Shown here one piece after another: positions 18,219 to 28,339 of a DNA stretch of 64,000 nt (position 1 is the stretch's first letter; each line of letters begins with the position of its first letter). The notes under the pieces were generated by a model. It saw only the letters and a list, made by a program, of their open reading frames with translations, did no database searches and was not told the origin of the DNA. A program made the translations under genes and the position numbers. The DNA is from a virus, in the IMG/VR virus record IMGVR_UViG_3300020580_000001, positions 18,781-82,780 of that record. One strand, given 5' to 3'.

Positions 18219-19371
18219 ATGACACTTGGGTAAAAGGTGCCTCATCGAAGGCTAAAATGATATCGTTTGGCACCGGCATTAAGCCATCTCTTGCTATAGT
18301 GATCGAGACAAGCTCGAAAGTTCCGCTACCGAAACCACCGCTGAGCTGAGCCGGCATGTAGATGCGCGGAAGAAGTATCGCCGCTCCGATCGGAAGCGCA
18401 TTGATCCACGCAATTAGAGAAGCTTGGATATTTGATTGAACGACAAACGTAAATCCGACGAGTGCCCTAACGATCACATTGATTGAGATATTGATAATTT
18501 CAGGCGGGAAATATGCAATGTTATGAACGATCCCATAAGCATCTATAATCGGCGTGATTATCGATCCATATGTGGAACATGCACCTGGAGGTTTTTTAAG
18601 AGCGATCGTAGTCGCTATTGCAGTTGTATCCCCGCCATCGACTATAAACGCCACACTATGTCCGGGTAGGCCGTTCACATCCGGAAATGCCGTGTCGTTT
18701 TCATAGGCGACAATTCGATTGACATTTGGGAGTGCGGCGAGCGCGCTAATCGTTCCCTCAAGCGAGGTCTTGGAGGGAATAGCGGTCGAGATAGCCTGCC
18801 GCTGCCGCAAGGCCGCGTCGCTCTCCACAGGGGCTCCAGGAGTGGCCGCAGCGAAGAAAACAGCGCTCTGCCAGCCAAAAGATGGATTGCCTATTGTAGC
18901 GGGCCCCGCAGTCGTCGTAATGGCCCCAAGAACCGCGCATGTTGCGGTGACCGTGATTTGACCCAATGATGGAATCGTGACCAAGGTAGGGAGATTCCAC
19001 CGAACTCCGTTAATGTCCGTAACAAATCCATTGTTTATCACAGTTCCGGCTTGGCCCCCGATTATAACCGGAACTGTGCTAAAGGACGGCACTTTACGAG
19101 CTATGCCGTTTATTTTGACATTAGAGGCAAGCCCAGTCCCTTGCGCGGTAGCGGGCGAGAAAGAATTATAGACCTCGATTGCTTGATTGTTGACGTCGTC
19201 TAGAGTGAGCGCTAAGAGACCGACGAATTGACCGTCCTGAGAGTCGTTGCCAAGATATATATCGGCGCCGAAAATTGATTGGAACTGTGAGGTAAAATAC
19301 GCTAACTCTGTCGGAAAGTCCGGTTTGTGAATTCCAAATGAATCAATAAAAGCTATCGGAGTAGCGCCCAT
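18196..19371 (-). CDS. baseplate J/gp47-family protein
   Basis: DSQDGQ, SP.TA.G..L, ESDA.LR.RQ, YENDT..D.NGLP.HS. Confidence 0.9.
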   Translation of the reverse strand: MGATPIAFIDSFGIHKPDFPTELAYFTSQFQSIFGADIYLGNDSQDGQFVGLLALTLDDVNNQAIEVYNSFSPATAQGTGLASNVKINGIARKVPSFSTVPVIIGGQAGTVINNGFVTDINGVRWNLPTLVTIPSLGQITVTATCAVLGAITTTAGPATIGNPSFGWQSAVFFAAATPGAPVESDAALRQRQAISTAIPSKTSLEGTISALAALPNVNRIVAYENDTAFPDVNGLPGHSVAFIVDGGDTTAIATTIALKKPPGACSTYGSIITPIIDAYGIVHNIAYFPPEIINISINVIVRALVGFTFVVQSNIQASLIAWINALPIGAAILLPRIYMPAQLSGGFGSGTFELVSITIARDGLMPVPNDIILAFDEAPFTQVSFINIIVI

Positions 19372-19384
19372 GATAAATGCCGTC

Positions 19385-22051
19385 TTATGCTAGCGTAGCA
19401 GCAAATATTGTCACGTTTTGTCCGATTGATGTATTGTTCAACCACTGAATTGTTAGAGTCTGCGCTGCAGACGCGGCCTTATAGACGATTGTATATGTCG
19501 CCAGTCCGTTATTAACACCGCCTGAAACGCTCGTATCAGTATAAGGAATAGCAGCCCCATCGCTTAGAGATGCTGTCAATTTTCCATTTGAAAATGCCGC
19601 ACTACCGCCAACGCTAGTTCCAACATATATTTTGAGAGTTCTTGTTGTGGTATCAGCCGGCACAGTAAACGACATTCCCGGTCCTGAAGTTGATGATTGG
19701 CTATAGACCAAATACCCCTCGCCGGTAACTGAGGCATCCGGACTTCCGTCTGTCCAGGTTGAAGCAAAACCACCACTTGCCGCGTTATAATTCAACAAAG
19801 CAACCGCACCAACTTGGCTAAGCGCACTTATCTGTGAGCCTCCAGTGCTTTTGCGCTCGATCGAAGCAGCGTTGACATTATAGCCAAAAGCCGCCCAGTC
19901 ACTCGTGCCAAGCGTCGTAAGATTAATAGCTTGTCCAGTCGTAAACAAGACAACCGACCCAGACAGTGTCCCGCCACCTGCCAGCTCGTTTATCGAAAGC
20001 GTCGTCACATTCGGGGAATTTGGAGCCGCTGCAAGAGTTTCAGTGAGCGATATATTAAATGTGCCCGCCGTTGCTGGAGGCGTAGGGCCGACCTGAATAA
20101 CTCCAGACACGAGCTGTACCGCACCGGAGTGTGAATCAGTCAGCGCCAGCGATGAAGATGGAGTCAGCCCCTGCACCGTTCCAATCACGGAACCTTGCGG
20201 ATTGTTGCCATGCGCGAATACATTAGCACTTAATGTGAGAACGCTTAGCGTGTAGTTGGCATAATACCTAACATAATCAATCCACATATCGTAATAGCCA
20301 GCCGGTGGCGCATTATCAGGCCAGCCACTGCCCATGGCCAAATTGAGCATAAGGAATACATTAATCTGCAAGCCGCCTGGCAAGGCGCTTTTTGCTACGG
20401 TTCCCTTTAGTACGTCATCGAAATATGCCGAGACCGTAGTATTCGTGACTTGCAATCCATAACGGTGGAAATCCCACGAAAGATCAGCGCCGCCCGGTGC
20501 CGGGGCACCTGAAAATATAGCTGTATTTGGCCCCGTCGCAGGTGAGTAGCTGTGCACGTTGGCGTGCCATATAGTACCATCCACTCCATACCATTCACCA
20601 ATATCCCACTCGACGTTGCCAATCGAGGTATTGGTGACGGCATCCTTATCAAGAGTCCAGAACGCCGGCCATGTCCCGCCACTCGCTGGAATGTTAAAAC
20701 TCGTATCAGCAGTTGGTATCATGATACGGGATTCATAATATCCATTGCTCAGCAACGGAAGATTAGATGTTCCATCAGGAAAAGCAGTTGCAAGAAGTCC
20801 GGAGCGCCAGTGCCGGCCAAAGCCATATGGATCAACATAATTTGGATCATAGGTTGAGCGGATGCGAAGGAAACTATTTATGATTGTATAAGGATTGTAG
20901 ACGGAATCGGTGTGCTCGAAAGCCGCGTCACCGAAATCGCCACCACCTGGCTTATTTTCATACCAAGTGAATCCATCGGATGCCGTAGGGGCCAAACCGG
21001 TAGGCCATACCCCAGTGCCCGGCTTAACTGGCGTTGCACTGAGTGATGTAAATTCATCACTCCAAGTAAGAGGCATCCCACTTGCACCAACCGGAAGCGA
21101 CCCGATACCAGCCGGCGTGCCCTGGACTTGCAGTATCATCCGCGCAGAAAGATGAACTGTATAGGTATTATCACCAGGCGGCTTGTTCCAAGTAAAAACA
21201 GCCATCAATAATGGCCCTACAGCCTCAGCCGTAAGGTCAAGATTTCCGGTGAAATTTCCAGCCACGTCACCAGTAAGTCGGACCGCAAATGCGCCATGGG
21301 TCCAAACCTCTACATTGACTTGCCCAGGCGCTAATACGTGAACAGCTAATGGCGCTCTAGGCACCCCAGCATTTGCATCGGATATTGCAATATATTGCAA
21401 TGCCGGCGCCGTGACTTGGTTAGCATTGACAACCGTTGGTGAGAACGGTGTCATAATTATCATCGTGTTGATTGCATTAATAACCACTGCAGATGCGGCG
21501 CTTGTCGATGGCGCGCTAGCCCCACCTGTATTTGTTGCCGTCACGGTAAGTGTTAAAGTTAACCCAATATCGGCGGTGATGGGAGTATAAGTTAACGTTG
21601 CCGATCCGGGGCCCATCGCATTGACGCCGCCCGCTTTCCATTGATACGCGCTACTTGTGACGGTATGATTCCATACCGCATCTGTTGCGGTAATTGGAGC
21701 GCCTACCTGCGGAGTGCCGGAAATTATTGCTGGGGTAGCAATTGTCGGACTGACATCAATTACAGGAACGGTAGCTTCACTAGTCGCAGCAGAGCTTGAA
21801 CCAATAGAATTAATTGCAATAACGGAAACCGTCAAGGTCTTACCAACGTCGGCAGCTACAGGCGTATAGGTCGAATTCGTAGCTCCCCTAATCGGAGCCC
21901 CAGAACGGTTCCATTGATATGTGAAACTCATCGTATATCCGACCACGTTGCGGCTAGTATTTGACCATCCTGCGCAATTACAGAAAGTTGCAACAATTGA
22001 AGTTCCTACCTTCGGAGTGCCAGAAATTATTATTAAAGTAACTGTATTCAT
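19385..22051 (-). CDS. mosaic Ig-like/GH16 glycoside hydrolase protein
   Basis: Two Ig-like modules, WSDEF, GTWPAFW, EWDIGE (ExDxxE), FHRYG, MWIDYVRYY; ATGA overlap gives start 22051. Confidence 0.8.
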   Translation of the reverse strand: MNTVTLIIISGTPKVGTSIVATFCNCAGWSNTSRNVVGYTMSFTYQWNRSGAPIRGATNSTYTPVAADVGKTLTVSVIAINSIGSSSAATSEATVPVIDVSPTIATPAIISGTPQVGAPITATDAVWNHTVTSSAYQWKAGGVNAMGPGSATLTYTPITADIGLTLTLTVTATNTGGASAPSTSAASAVVINAINTMIIMTPFSPTVVNANQVTAPALQYIAISDANAGVPRAPLAVHVLAPGQVNVEVWTHGAFAVRLTGDVAGNFTGNLDLTAEAVGPLLMAVFTWNKPPGDNTYTVHLSARMILQVQGTPAGIGSLPVGASGMPLTWSDEFTSLSATPVKPGTGVWPTGLAPTASDGFTWYENKPGGGDFGDAAFEHTDSVYNPYTIINSFLRIRSTYDPNYVDPYGFGRHWRSGLLATAFPDGTSNLPLLSNGYYESRIMIPTADTSFNIPASGGTWPAFWTLDKDAVTNTSIGNVEWDIGEWYGVDGTIWHANVHSYSPATGPNTAIFSGAPAPGGADLSWDFHRYGLQVTNTTVSAYFDDVLKGTVAKSALPGGLQINVFLMLNLAMGSGWPDNAPPAGYYDMWIDYVRYYANYTLSVLTLSANVFAHGNNPQGSVIGTVQGLTPSSSLALTDSHSGAVQLVSGVIQVGPTPPATAGTFNISLTETLAAAPNSPNVTTLSINELAGGGTLSGSVVLFTTGQAINLTTLGTSDWAAFGYNVNAASIERKSTGGSQISALSQVGAVALLNYNAASGGFASTWTDGSPDASVTGEGYLVYSQSSTSGPGMSFTVPADTTTRTLKIYVGTSVGGSAAFSNGKLTASLSDGAAIPYTDTSVSGGVNNGLATYTIVYKAASAAQTLTIQWLNNTSIGQNVTIFAATLA

Positions 22052-22542
22052 CTTATATTCGTCCACATTCCATCTGTTGCAACAAGCGTCTGGCCTACTT
22101 GCACAATTCCAGAAATAGTGGGGATCATCACATTCACTGGGATTAGAGAAGATATATTTGCCGGAGATGTCGGAATAGATATTGCTCCATAAATTGTGTC
22201 AATCTCGGCGTTGACCGTGAAAGCCCGTGTATCGCGCGCCACATTTGACGAATAGACGAGAATCGCCTTAACACCTTGCGTCCCGAGAATGCGCGATTGA
22301 ATTGCTGGATCACGAGTGTTCCTGGTGTAATGACCTAGAACCTGAGTATTCCATGGAGTACCGTCAGAGGTATCAAGGAACCAATCACCGAGAAAAAGAT
22401 ACATGCGGGTTAGAGCGGCTTGCGCCGGCGCATCCGGGACATTAATCCAGAAATCTGACGATCCATGACCCATTACATAATCACCGCCTTGATAGTTAAA
22501 TACATTTATATTAGGCGGTTGCGCAAGTTTTCGATATCTCAT
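22048..22542 (-). CDS. baseplate wedge subunit (gp25/gp46-like) with C-terminal extension
   Basis: MRYRKL...GDY..G, AQA..TR..LF.G.WFLD..GTPW, I..RILGT.GV. Confidence 0.8.
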   Translation of the reverse strand: MRYRKLAQPPNINVFNYQGGDYVMGHGSSDFWINVPDAPAQAALTRMYLFLGDWFLDTSDGTPWNTQVLGHYTRNTRDPAIQSRILGTQGVKAILVYSSNVARDTRAFTVNAEIDTIYGAISIPTSPANISSLIPVNVMIPTISGIVQVGQTLVATDGMWTNIR

Positions 22543-22545
22543 CGG

Positions 22546-23757
22546 TTAACCCGCCACCCAAGCCACACCGTTGCAAAAAGCCGGGCATACAACTGAACCG
22601 CCGCCGGTTAGTGTGCTCAAAAAAGCGGGCGCAGGAACCGAATCTGTCACGTAGGCCCGCATGCCTACATTGCTAGCCGGTGGAAACGCGGCATTGAGTG
22701 ATGCTACCGTAAACCCCGTCGTTTGAATCGTGGCCCCTGCAACCGCCCCGGTTACCGCAACACTCGATCCAGTAACCGCCCCGCCGCCCGAAATCCCGCC
22801 ACCTCCGCCACCCGATATACCGCCAAGCGCGCTAAGAATTCCACTGATGTTCGTGTTGCCGGCAATGTTCGTATTGCCGTTGATGTTGTTTTGCGGCGCC
22901 GTGATATTTGTATTGTTACTGCCAGTCAAACTAACACTAGGCGCGCTATGCGATATTTCGGCATTCGACGTGCTGTCTATTCCGCCGCTTCCAAGCTTGA
23001 TTTTATGCTGGCCGTTGAAAAGGCTATGAACGATCGTATTTGCGACACTATCCAGCGTTATAGAATGCTGGCCATTTTTCAACGAATGAGTGATTTGATT
23101 ATGATCAACCGTTGATTGATGCGTTGTGTTTCCATCAACCGCCTGATGGTAAACTCCGGTTTGCCCAAGGACGAAAGATTGGAAATATTTTTTGGCGTCT
23201 TTCCAGGGATTATCGGCTTTATCGTCCTTGTCGACGGATTTTGTCGTGATCCCGTTGACCGGATGCACATCATGAGTATGCTTGCCATCCTCACTGCGAT
23301 TTTGCGCCGATACATTGGATACATTTTTGATCTTGCGCGGATCGCTGCGATATCCGCGGATCGTGAACCCATCGCTCATATGATGAGTGCGCGAATCAAT
23401 TGGATTATTTTCCGTGCCGCCGTTTTGATGCCACGTATCATGCGGGCGCGAGGAAAACACAACAAGTGTTTCGTCGCCCTTCACAACCGGCATTGTGTGG
23501 ACATTCTTTCCGCCGCCATGATGATGAATTGGGACGTCATCTATAAGCGGATAGGCGGGATTAGTCTTCTTTCCATCTCCATCAATGACCGTACCGTTAA
23601 CCGCAATTTGCAATTGCGCAATATGCCCGTCCGTGGTATCCTTTGCCACGATTGCAGGCATTGCTGACCATATTTGAGTCAAATGCGAGCGGATTGCATT
23701 TGCAATCACCTCGTCATCGGTAGTGCCTGGAATTTCGGCAAAGAATGGGCTAGTCAT
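22546..23757 (-). CDS. baseplate central spike (Gp138-like)
   Basis: P.I.DVP....GG.....PV..GDE.LVVFS.R..D.W...G....R.H..SD. Confidence 0.8.
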   Translation of the reverse strand: MTSPFFAEIPGTTDDEVIANAIRSHLTQIWSAMPAIVAKDTTDGHIAQLQIAVNGTVIDGDGKKTNPAYPLIDDVPIHHHGGGKNVHTMPVVKGDETLVVFSSRPHDTWHQNGGTENNPIDSRTHHMSDGFTIRGYRSDPRKIKNVSNVSAQNRSEDGKHTHDVHPVNGITTKSVDKDDKADNPWKDAKKYFQSFVLGQTGVYHQAVDGNTTHQSTVDHNQITHSLKNGQHSITLDSVANTIVHSLFNGQHKIKLGSGGIDSTSNAEISHSAPSVSLTGSNNTNITAPQNNINGNTNIAGNTNISGILSALGGISGGGGGGISGGGAVTGSSVAVTGAVAGATIQTTGFTVASLNAAFPPASNVGMRAYVTDSVPAPAFLSTLTGGGSVVCPAFCNGVAWVAG

Positions 23758-24074
23758 AGCGTCTCAAAATATAAATGTGACGTCGTCCCTAGATTGGCAA
23801 ACGTCGGCACGGCATCCCTATTTCCATCCGTAAAGCAATACAAAATAAATCCGAAATTAAGATATTTATATTGTCCAATCATATCGGCACCTGGAACAAG
23901 CGGGATGCCGCAAACCATGGGAATATTGTTCGCGTCGTTTATATCCAAAAGCCAACATGCGCTTGAATCGAGAGTTTGATTATAAATCAATCTCAAATTA
24001 TAAGTTACGCCGGCAATTGCTATATTCAATAGCGTATTTGCACTTGTCAGCGGAATCTCGAATTTCTGTGACAT
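23754..24074 (-). CDS. baseplate plug-like protein
   Basis: EIPL, W.LDI.D......GIPLV.G.D...QY.YL. Confidence 0.7.
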   Translation of the reverse strand: MSQKFEIPLTSANTLLNIAIAGVTYNLRLIYNQTLDSSACWLLDINDANNIPMVCGIPLVPGADMIGQYKYLNFGFILYCFTDGNRDAVPTFANLGTTSHLYFETL

Positions 24075-24653
24075 TCATTGAAAAACCGGAGTTGACGGAG
24101 ATAGACCACCGGCAGCAAATGCATTCACCTGCGCGAAATTATTACCGGCTCCTTGACTTATAGGCTGCTCCGGTCCAAAATTTTGCGGTGCCGATGTCTG
24201 ATCAGGCAATGCCTGATTTGCTGTCGTTGCACCACCACCGGATGTATTGGTAATGATGACCATCTTCAGGCCGACAACGACATTGAGAGCATATTCGCTT
24301 TCCTGATCGGTTGTGACCAGGAGTGACGAAACCATCATATTGCTATATTGTCGCTTCCCGGTCGTAACGTTGAACGGCTGTAGGCCGTCCTGCAAGTCGA
24401 GAAGCAATCCATAAACTTGCTGAACATATCCTTCGGATTGCACCGTACTGTTCGAAAACCCACAGCGCATAATGATTTCAGGAGGGCGCTTGTAAGCGTG
24501 ATCAGAAATCGGGGCACCCGATTCAACCGGAAATTCCGTTATTTGAAGTTGATCGTGCCCGATTTCTTCGACCACAATATCAGGAATAATAGTTCCTATA
24601 ATGCGCGGATTTGGATGAGTTATTAAAGCGAAATTGGTATCAAGAATAGCCAT
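24075..24653 (-). CDS. baseplate/tube-initiator (Dit-like) protein
   Basis: E..HD.LQITE.PVE.GA.ISDHAYK.P, TGKR.Y.NM. Confidence 0.75.
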   Translation of the reverse strand: MAILDTNFALITHPNPRIIGTIIPDIVVEEIGHDQLQITEFPVESGAPISDHAYKRPPEIIMRCGFSNSTVQSEGYVQQVYGLLLDLQDGLQPFNVTTGKRQYSNMMVSSLLVTTDQESEYALNVVVGLKMVIITNTSGGGATTANQALPDQTSAPQNFGPEQPISQGAGNNFAQVNAFAAGGLSPSTPVFQ

Positions 24654-24656
24654 CTG

Positions 24657-25586
24657 TTAGCCATTCCCGGACCGCAATTGGCTCAATGTCCCAGATCCGC
24701 TTTGCGCAACACATGATAGCTCCATGAACCAAGGATCACCTCTAGAGTCGCCAACATGCTCTATAAATGTAACACGATATATCCCAGCCGGATCAAAGCC
24801 GCCCTGAAACAAGCTATTGTCTATCTTGATCTGTCCCTCGCGGGTTAGTTCTGGCGTAAATCCCTGAATTGATTTCGAGTCGAGATGGATGAGCGAATTC
24901 AGCTTGATTTGCGGATTTATCAATATCCGCACATTTATTCCGCGCGGTGTCTGCGTCGGCAGCCCAATCATTCCAGTCGCCCGATTGACAATAACCGGAG
25001 ATCCGGTTCCTTTATCATCCGGTTTTGTTATATGAAGCTTAGAGTCGGTATGATCATAATGCGCGACGCCTCCAACGCTATTTGCCAGGATATGCATGTA
25101 ATGCTTTGCCATCCCAAACATTGACACAGCACGCGGATATTTGAGACTCATCAAATCGTCTGTCGGTATATTCCCGGCGTTCATGCCATTCATGGTCGAC
25201 AACAGATATTTATAATGATCTAGTCCGGTACTGCCTGCCTTAAAGCTCTTATTGGCGACAGCCGTATTATGTGGTTCATCCATAGCAGCGGCAAAAACTG
25301 TCGTTGTCGTATCGGTTGCGTTATCCTTTCCGAGGTTCACCCACTTTATGTCACCGGAAAATATTTTCCCCATATTATCTCGATAGCCGGCCGAAAAGTC
25401 AGCCTTCTTGCCCATGGCAGCAAGGATCGCCTTTGCAGTGCTTGGCGCAAGATTGTAAACACATATAGATGCGGCGATAGGCTGAAATTCCGTCATCCCC
25501 TTAATGTCGAAGACGACTCTCAGATCACCGCCACAGCTTACGCCGCCGGCCGAGAGATTCCAGGCACGCAGCCATTGCCGGCCCAT
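24657..25586 (-). CDS. baseplate hub protein
   Basis: I.VYNLA..T, AGY......IF.G.I, TGMIG.P, L.NP.I, G.YRV..IEH.GD.RG..W. Confidence 0.8.
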   Translation of the reverse strand: MGRQWLRAWNLSAGGVSCGGDLRVVFDIKGMTEFQPIAASICVYNLAPSTAKAILAAMGKKADFSAGYRDNMGKIFSGDIKWVNLGKDNATDTTTTVFAAAMDEPHNTAVANKSFKAGSTGLDHYKYLLSTMNGMNAGNIPTDDLMSLKYPRAVSMFGMAKHYMHILANSVGGVAHYDHTDSKLHITKPDDKGTGSPVIVNRATGMIGLPTQTPRGINVRILINPQIKLNSLIHLDSKSIQGFTPELTREGQIKIDNSLFQGGFDPAGIYRVTFIEHVGDSRGDPWFMELSCVAQSGSGTLSQLRSGNG

Positions 25587-25639
25587 TTATTATCCGATTG
25601 TGCTTGACAAACTGCAAAAAGGGGTGCTGAATAGAACCC

Positions 25640-25774
25640 GTGAGACAGAAGCGATCGATTGCACTGACTGCCCAGCAACTTGATTTCCTTGAAAAGGAAG
25701 CTGCGCGGCTTGGAATAACGGTCTCGGACCTCATTCGGAGAATTATCGATCAATATCGGGAGGAAAAGAAATGA
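25640..25774 (+). CDS. ribbon-helix-helix (CopG-like) regulator, 44 aa
   Basis: GTG start, MRQKRSIALTAQQLDFLEKEAARLGITVSDLIRRIIDQYREEKK; TTGACA at 25604-25609 upstream; not in the ORF track. Confidence 0.75.
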   Translation: MRQKRSIALTAQQLDFLEKEAARLGITVSDLIRRIIDQYREEKK

Positions 25775-26007
25775 AAAACTTACTTATTGCTGTCGCAATC
25801 TCGGCGGCGCTAATTTCTGGCACAACAGCAAAAGAAACCTGGAATGTTATAGGCGATTCTCAGTGCTGGTTTCCAAAGACCTCTAATTATGACGACGGTG
25901 AAGTCACCGTCCAATCAGGACATGGCTTGACATTGATATGCAAAATCAAACGGCCATTCTGTCTTCCGCCGGAATGCACCACATACGGTCATTCAGACCT
26001 GGAGTAA
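25771..26007 (+). CDS. small secreted Cys-containing protein (moron)
   Basis: Signal peptide MKNLLIAVAISAALISGTTA; ATGA overlap with the RHH gene. Confidence 0.65.
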   Translation: MKNLLIAVAISAALISGTTAKETWNVIGDSQCWFPKTSNYDDGEVTVQSGHGLTLICKIKRPFCLPPECTTYGHSDLE

Positions 26008-26012
26008 GAACA

Positions 26013-26396
26013 ATGATTATAGCCATGCTTGCCTTAATCCTCTTCGCAATCCTGTTTCCGAAGGCGCTGCGATTTCTATTTGCGCTGTTGTTCATTGGTG
26101 CTATTGTGATATCGGCGCACGCCGAAACAAATGTTTCGTGCAACCCAGACAGCATGGTCGCTAATGGATATTTTACGCACGGGTCAATGGTATGCAATGA
26201 CAACTGGCTTGACCGCCCGGCAGGCATTGCAATGGAGACACTTGCTAGACGGTGCGGCCATTTGTCAGAAGATACCCTGTTTTATCTCGCAATGAGTGGC
26301 GGAAAAGCCTTTGATAATTATGTCGCCAAAGTAGGCAAAAAAATAGCGTGCAAGGCCTTAGATAAAGAAATGTCAATCATCGACAACGCCAACTAA
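26013..26396 (+). CDS. membrane/secreted Cys-containing protein (moron)
   Basis: SD GGAG, MIIAMLALILFAILFPKALRFLFALLFIGAIVISAHA-E, four Cys. Confidence 0.6.
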   Translation: MIIAMLALILFAILFPKALRFLFALLFIGAIVISAHAETNVSCNPDSMVANGYFTHGSMVCNDNWLDRPAGIAMETLARRCGHLSEDTLFYLAMSGGKAFDNYVAKVGKKIACKALDKEMSIIDNAN

Positions 26397-28339
26397 GCCG
26401 CATAGCTCGTCGTGTTCCTGATCGAATCCGCATTGCGCGGACGACTTAATGGACGCTCTGTCTTTTCAACTGGGAAGTCGCCAGCAATGTGAATATTCAC
26501 ATCATTAGTTACGGCGCGGTGATCATGAATTTCATTCATTGACTGCTGCCATGGCGTTGATGGCTTGGCCCGAATTGTTTCAAGCGCCTTATGAAAATCT
26601 GATGCTGGTGGAATATGCGCAAGAGGGTTTGTAATTGGATGATGTCCGAAAGCAGCCCTCACATGCGGAATTCGCTGTCCGCTATTATCAACCAATGGCC
26701 CTTCAAAATTAGGTGTTATCACATGTGTAGCTGATGCTAGACCAGATTCGCTTGCTCTCATAAGCTGATTGCGCGTCCTCACAAATCGTGGGTCCGTCAT
26801 GGCCGCATGAATCATTTGACGCGACTGCCCCTCCAAAGAATTCTTTGCGTAGCCATGTGCAGCTAGCCATTCCAACATTCTGGTCTTTCTGCGAAAATCG
26901 GGATTGCGTTCATTTCGAGGATCACGCGCACCATAGATGCCAAAGCCAGTACCTTGATCGTGCACGGCATTGGGATCTAATGAAGACTCAGACATGGCTT
27001 GCCCAACCATGAGGGCCGCCGCCGCATGAATACTAGCTTCCGGTACTCCTTCCTTGCGTAGCTGATCTTTCATCGCGGCCATTGCTGTAGCAATCCTTTC
27101 TCGCGATGTTCCGCCTGTATTTACGCCGCCAGCGTCTGCGCCGCCACCCCCTCCTCGAGCGCCGCCATGCCCAAACCTGCCGCGGCGCTGAGCGCCATGG
27201 CCGCCAGATTCCGTGCCTTCCCCTGGCCCAAAGCCGCCGCCAGCACCCCCAGCACCAGCGCCGCCGCCCAACCAACCCCGGACAGCCTCGCCGGCCGCAT
27301 AGGCACCAACCCCAATGATCCCGAGCGCCGCTAGCCCCGCCAGCAACGCCGTCAGTGGCGCAAACGCGGCAATGAAGCCAGCTACCATGCTGGCCACGAA
27401 CCGAACCATCACGATGCCACTAATAAGTTCTAGGAGATGCCTTACACCGGCAAGACCGGTTCCGTCCGGCTGCCCGATGATTTTTTGTAGCCAGCCGCCG
27501 ACCTCTTTTAGTGCATCCCATAGGAACACAAAAACCGGGCCAAGTTTGGAAAGATCCGTAAAAACATGGCCGATCTGCGTAACAAGCTCTGTGAAAAACT
27601 TGACGATACGGTCGGAATCATCATTAAGCCAGCTTGTAATCCGATCAAGAATGGCCATGAACTTGTCGAATAGCGCAGCATCGGCTTTCCGCGCGACTGT
27701 TTGAATCGCATCCGACAATGCATTATATGCGCGGGTAAGCGCTGCAGCCTTCTCGGCCTCTATGCCTAAATTGCTAGCTAATTGCTTTTCGAAATATGGA
27801 CCAAAAATATCTTGCCGATGTTTTATTAAGGCATCTTCTTCAATGCTAAGCGCACTAGCCCTTGCGATCGCACGCCCCTTGCCTTCCTTGTCCGTTGCCT
27901 CATTATATTCTTTTGCGGCCTTCTCTCGTGCCTTCAGGAAGGCGCCGAAGCTATCCTTGGGATCATATTTGATGCCATATAAATTTTGTAGTTGTCTTGC
28001 GGCCGCGTCGCCAAATTTACGAAATGTCTCGGACCAGCCCTCCCACGAGCGCTGGGCATTATCCGCCCCCTCACCGCTCTGTACTGCCGCCTTGCGCAAT
28101 GCATCTATTTGTTCCGCCGATGCGCCGGTCTTCTGCGATGCATACCATAATTCGCTAAGCGAGAATGAAATTCGCTTTGTTGCATCACTAACAATTGTCG
28201 GCAGCTCACCAATCTTTGCGCCGAATTCCTCGGCACGAGTTTGGACCCGCTTTAAGCCCTCATCAAAATCTTTGCGGCTTTTTTGATCCTGGTCGTACGC
28301 TATCTTGACCAAAAAACTTGAAAGGATATCGTCGGCCAT
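26393..28339 (-). CDS. tape-measure-like protein 2 with phage-tail-lysozyme domain
   Basis: IL.SFLVK..Y N-terminus, helical body, TM-like segment, Gly linker, AAALMVGQAMSESSLDPNAVHD.GTGFGI. Confidence 0.75.
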   Translation of the reverse strand: MADDILSSFLVKIAYDQDQKSRKDFDEGLKRVQTRAEEFGAKIGELPTIVSDATKRISFSLSELWYASQKTGASAEQIDALRKAAVQSGEGADNAQRSWEGWSETFRKFGDAAARQLQNLYGIKYDPKDSFGAFLKAREKAAKEYNEATDKEGKGRAIARASALSIEEDALIKHRQDIFGPYFEKQLASNLGIEAEKAAALTRAYNALSDAIQTVARKADAALFDKFMAILDRITSWLNDDSDRIVKFFTELVTQIGHVFTDLSKLGPVFVFLWDALKEVGGWLQKIIGQPDGTGLAGVRHLLELISGIVMVRFVASMVAGFIAAFAPLTALLAGLAALGIIGVGAYAAGEAVRGWLGGGAGAGGAGGGFGPGEGTESGGHGAQRRGRFGHGGARGGGGGADAGGVNTGGTSRERIATAMAAMKDQLRKEGVPEASIHAAAALMVGQAMSESSLDPNAVHDQGTGFGIYGARDPRNERNPDFRRKTRMLEWLAAHGYAKNSLEGQSRQMIHAAMTDPRFVRTRNQLMRASESGLASATHVITPNFEGPLVDNSGQRIPHVRAAFGHHPITNPLAHIPPASDFHKALETIRAKPSTPWQQSMNEIHDHRAVTNDVNIHIAGDFPVEKTERPLSRPRNADSIRNTTSYAA

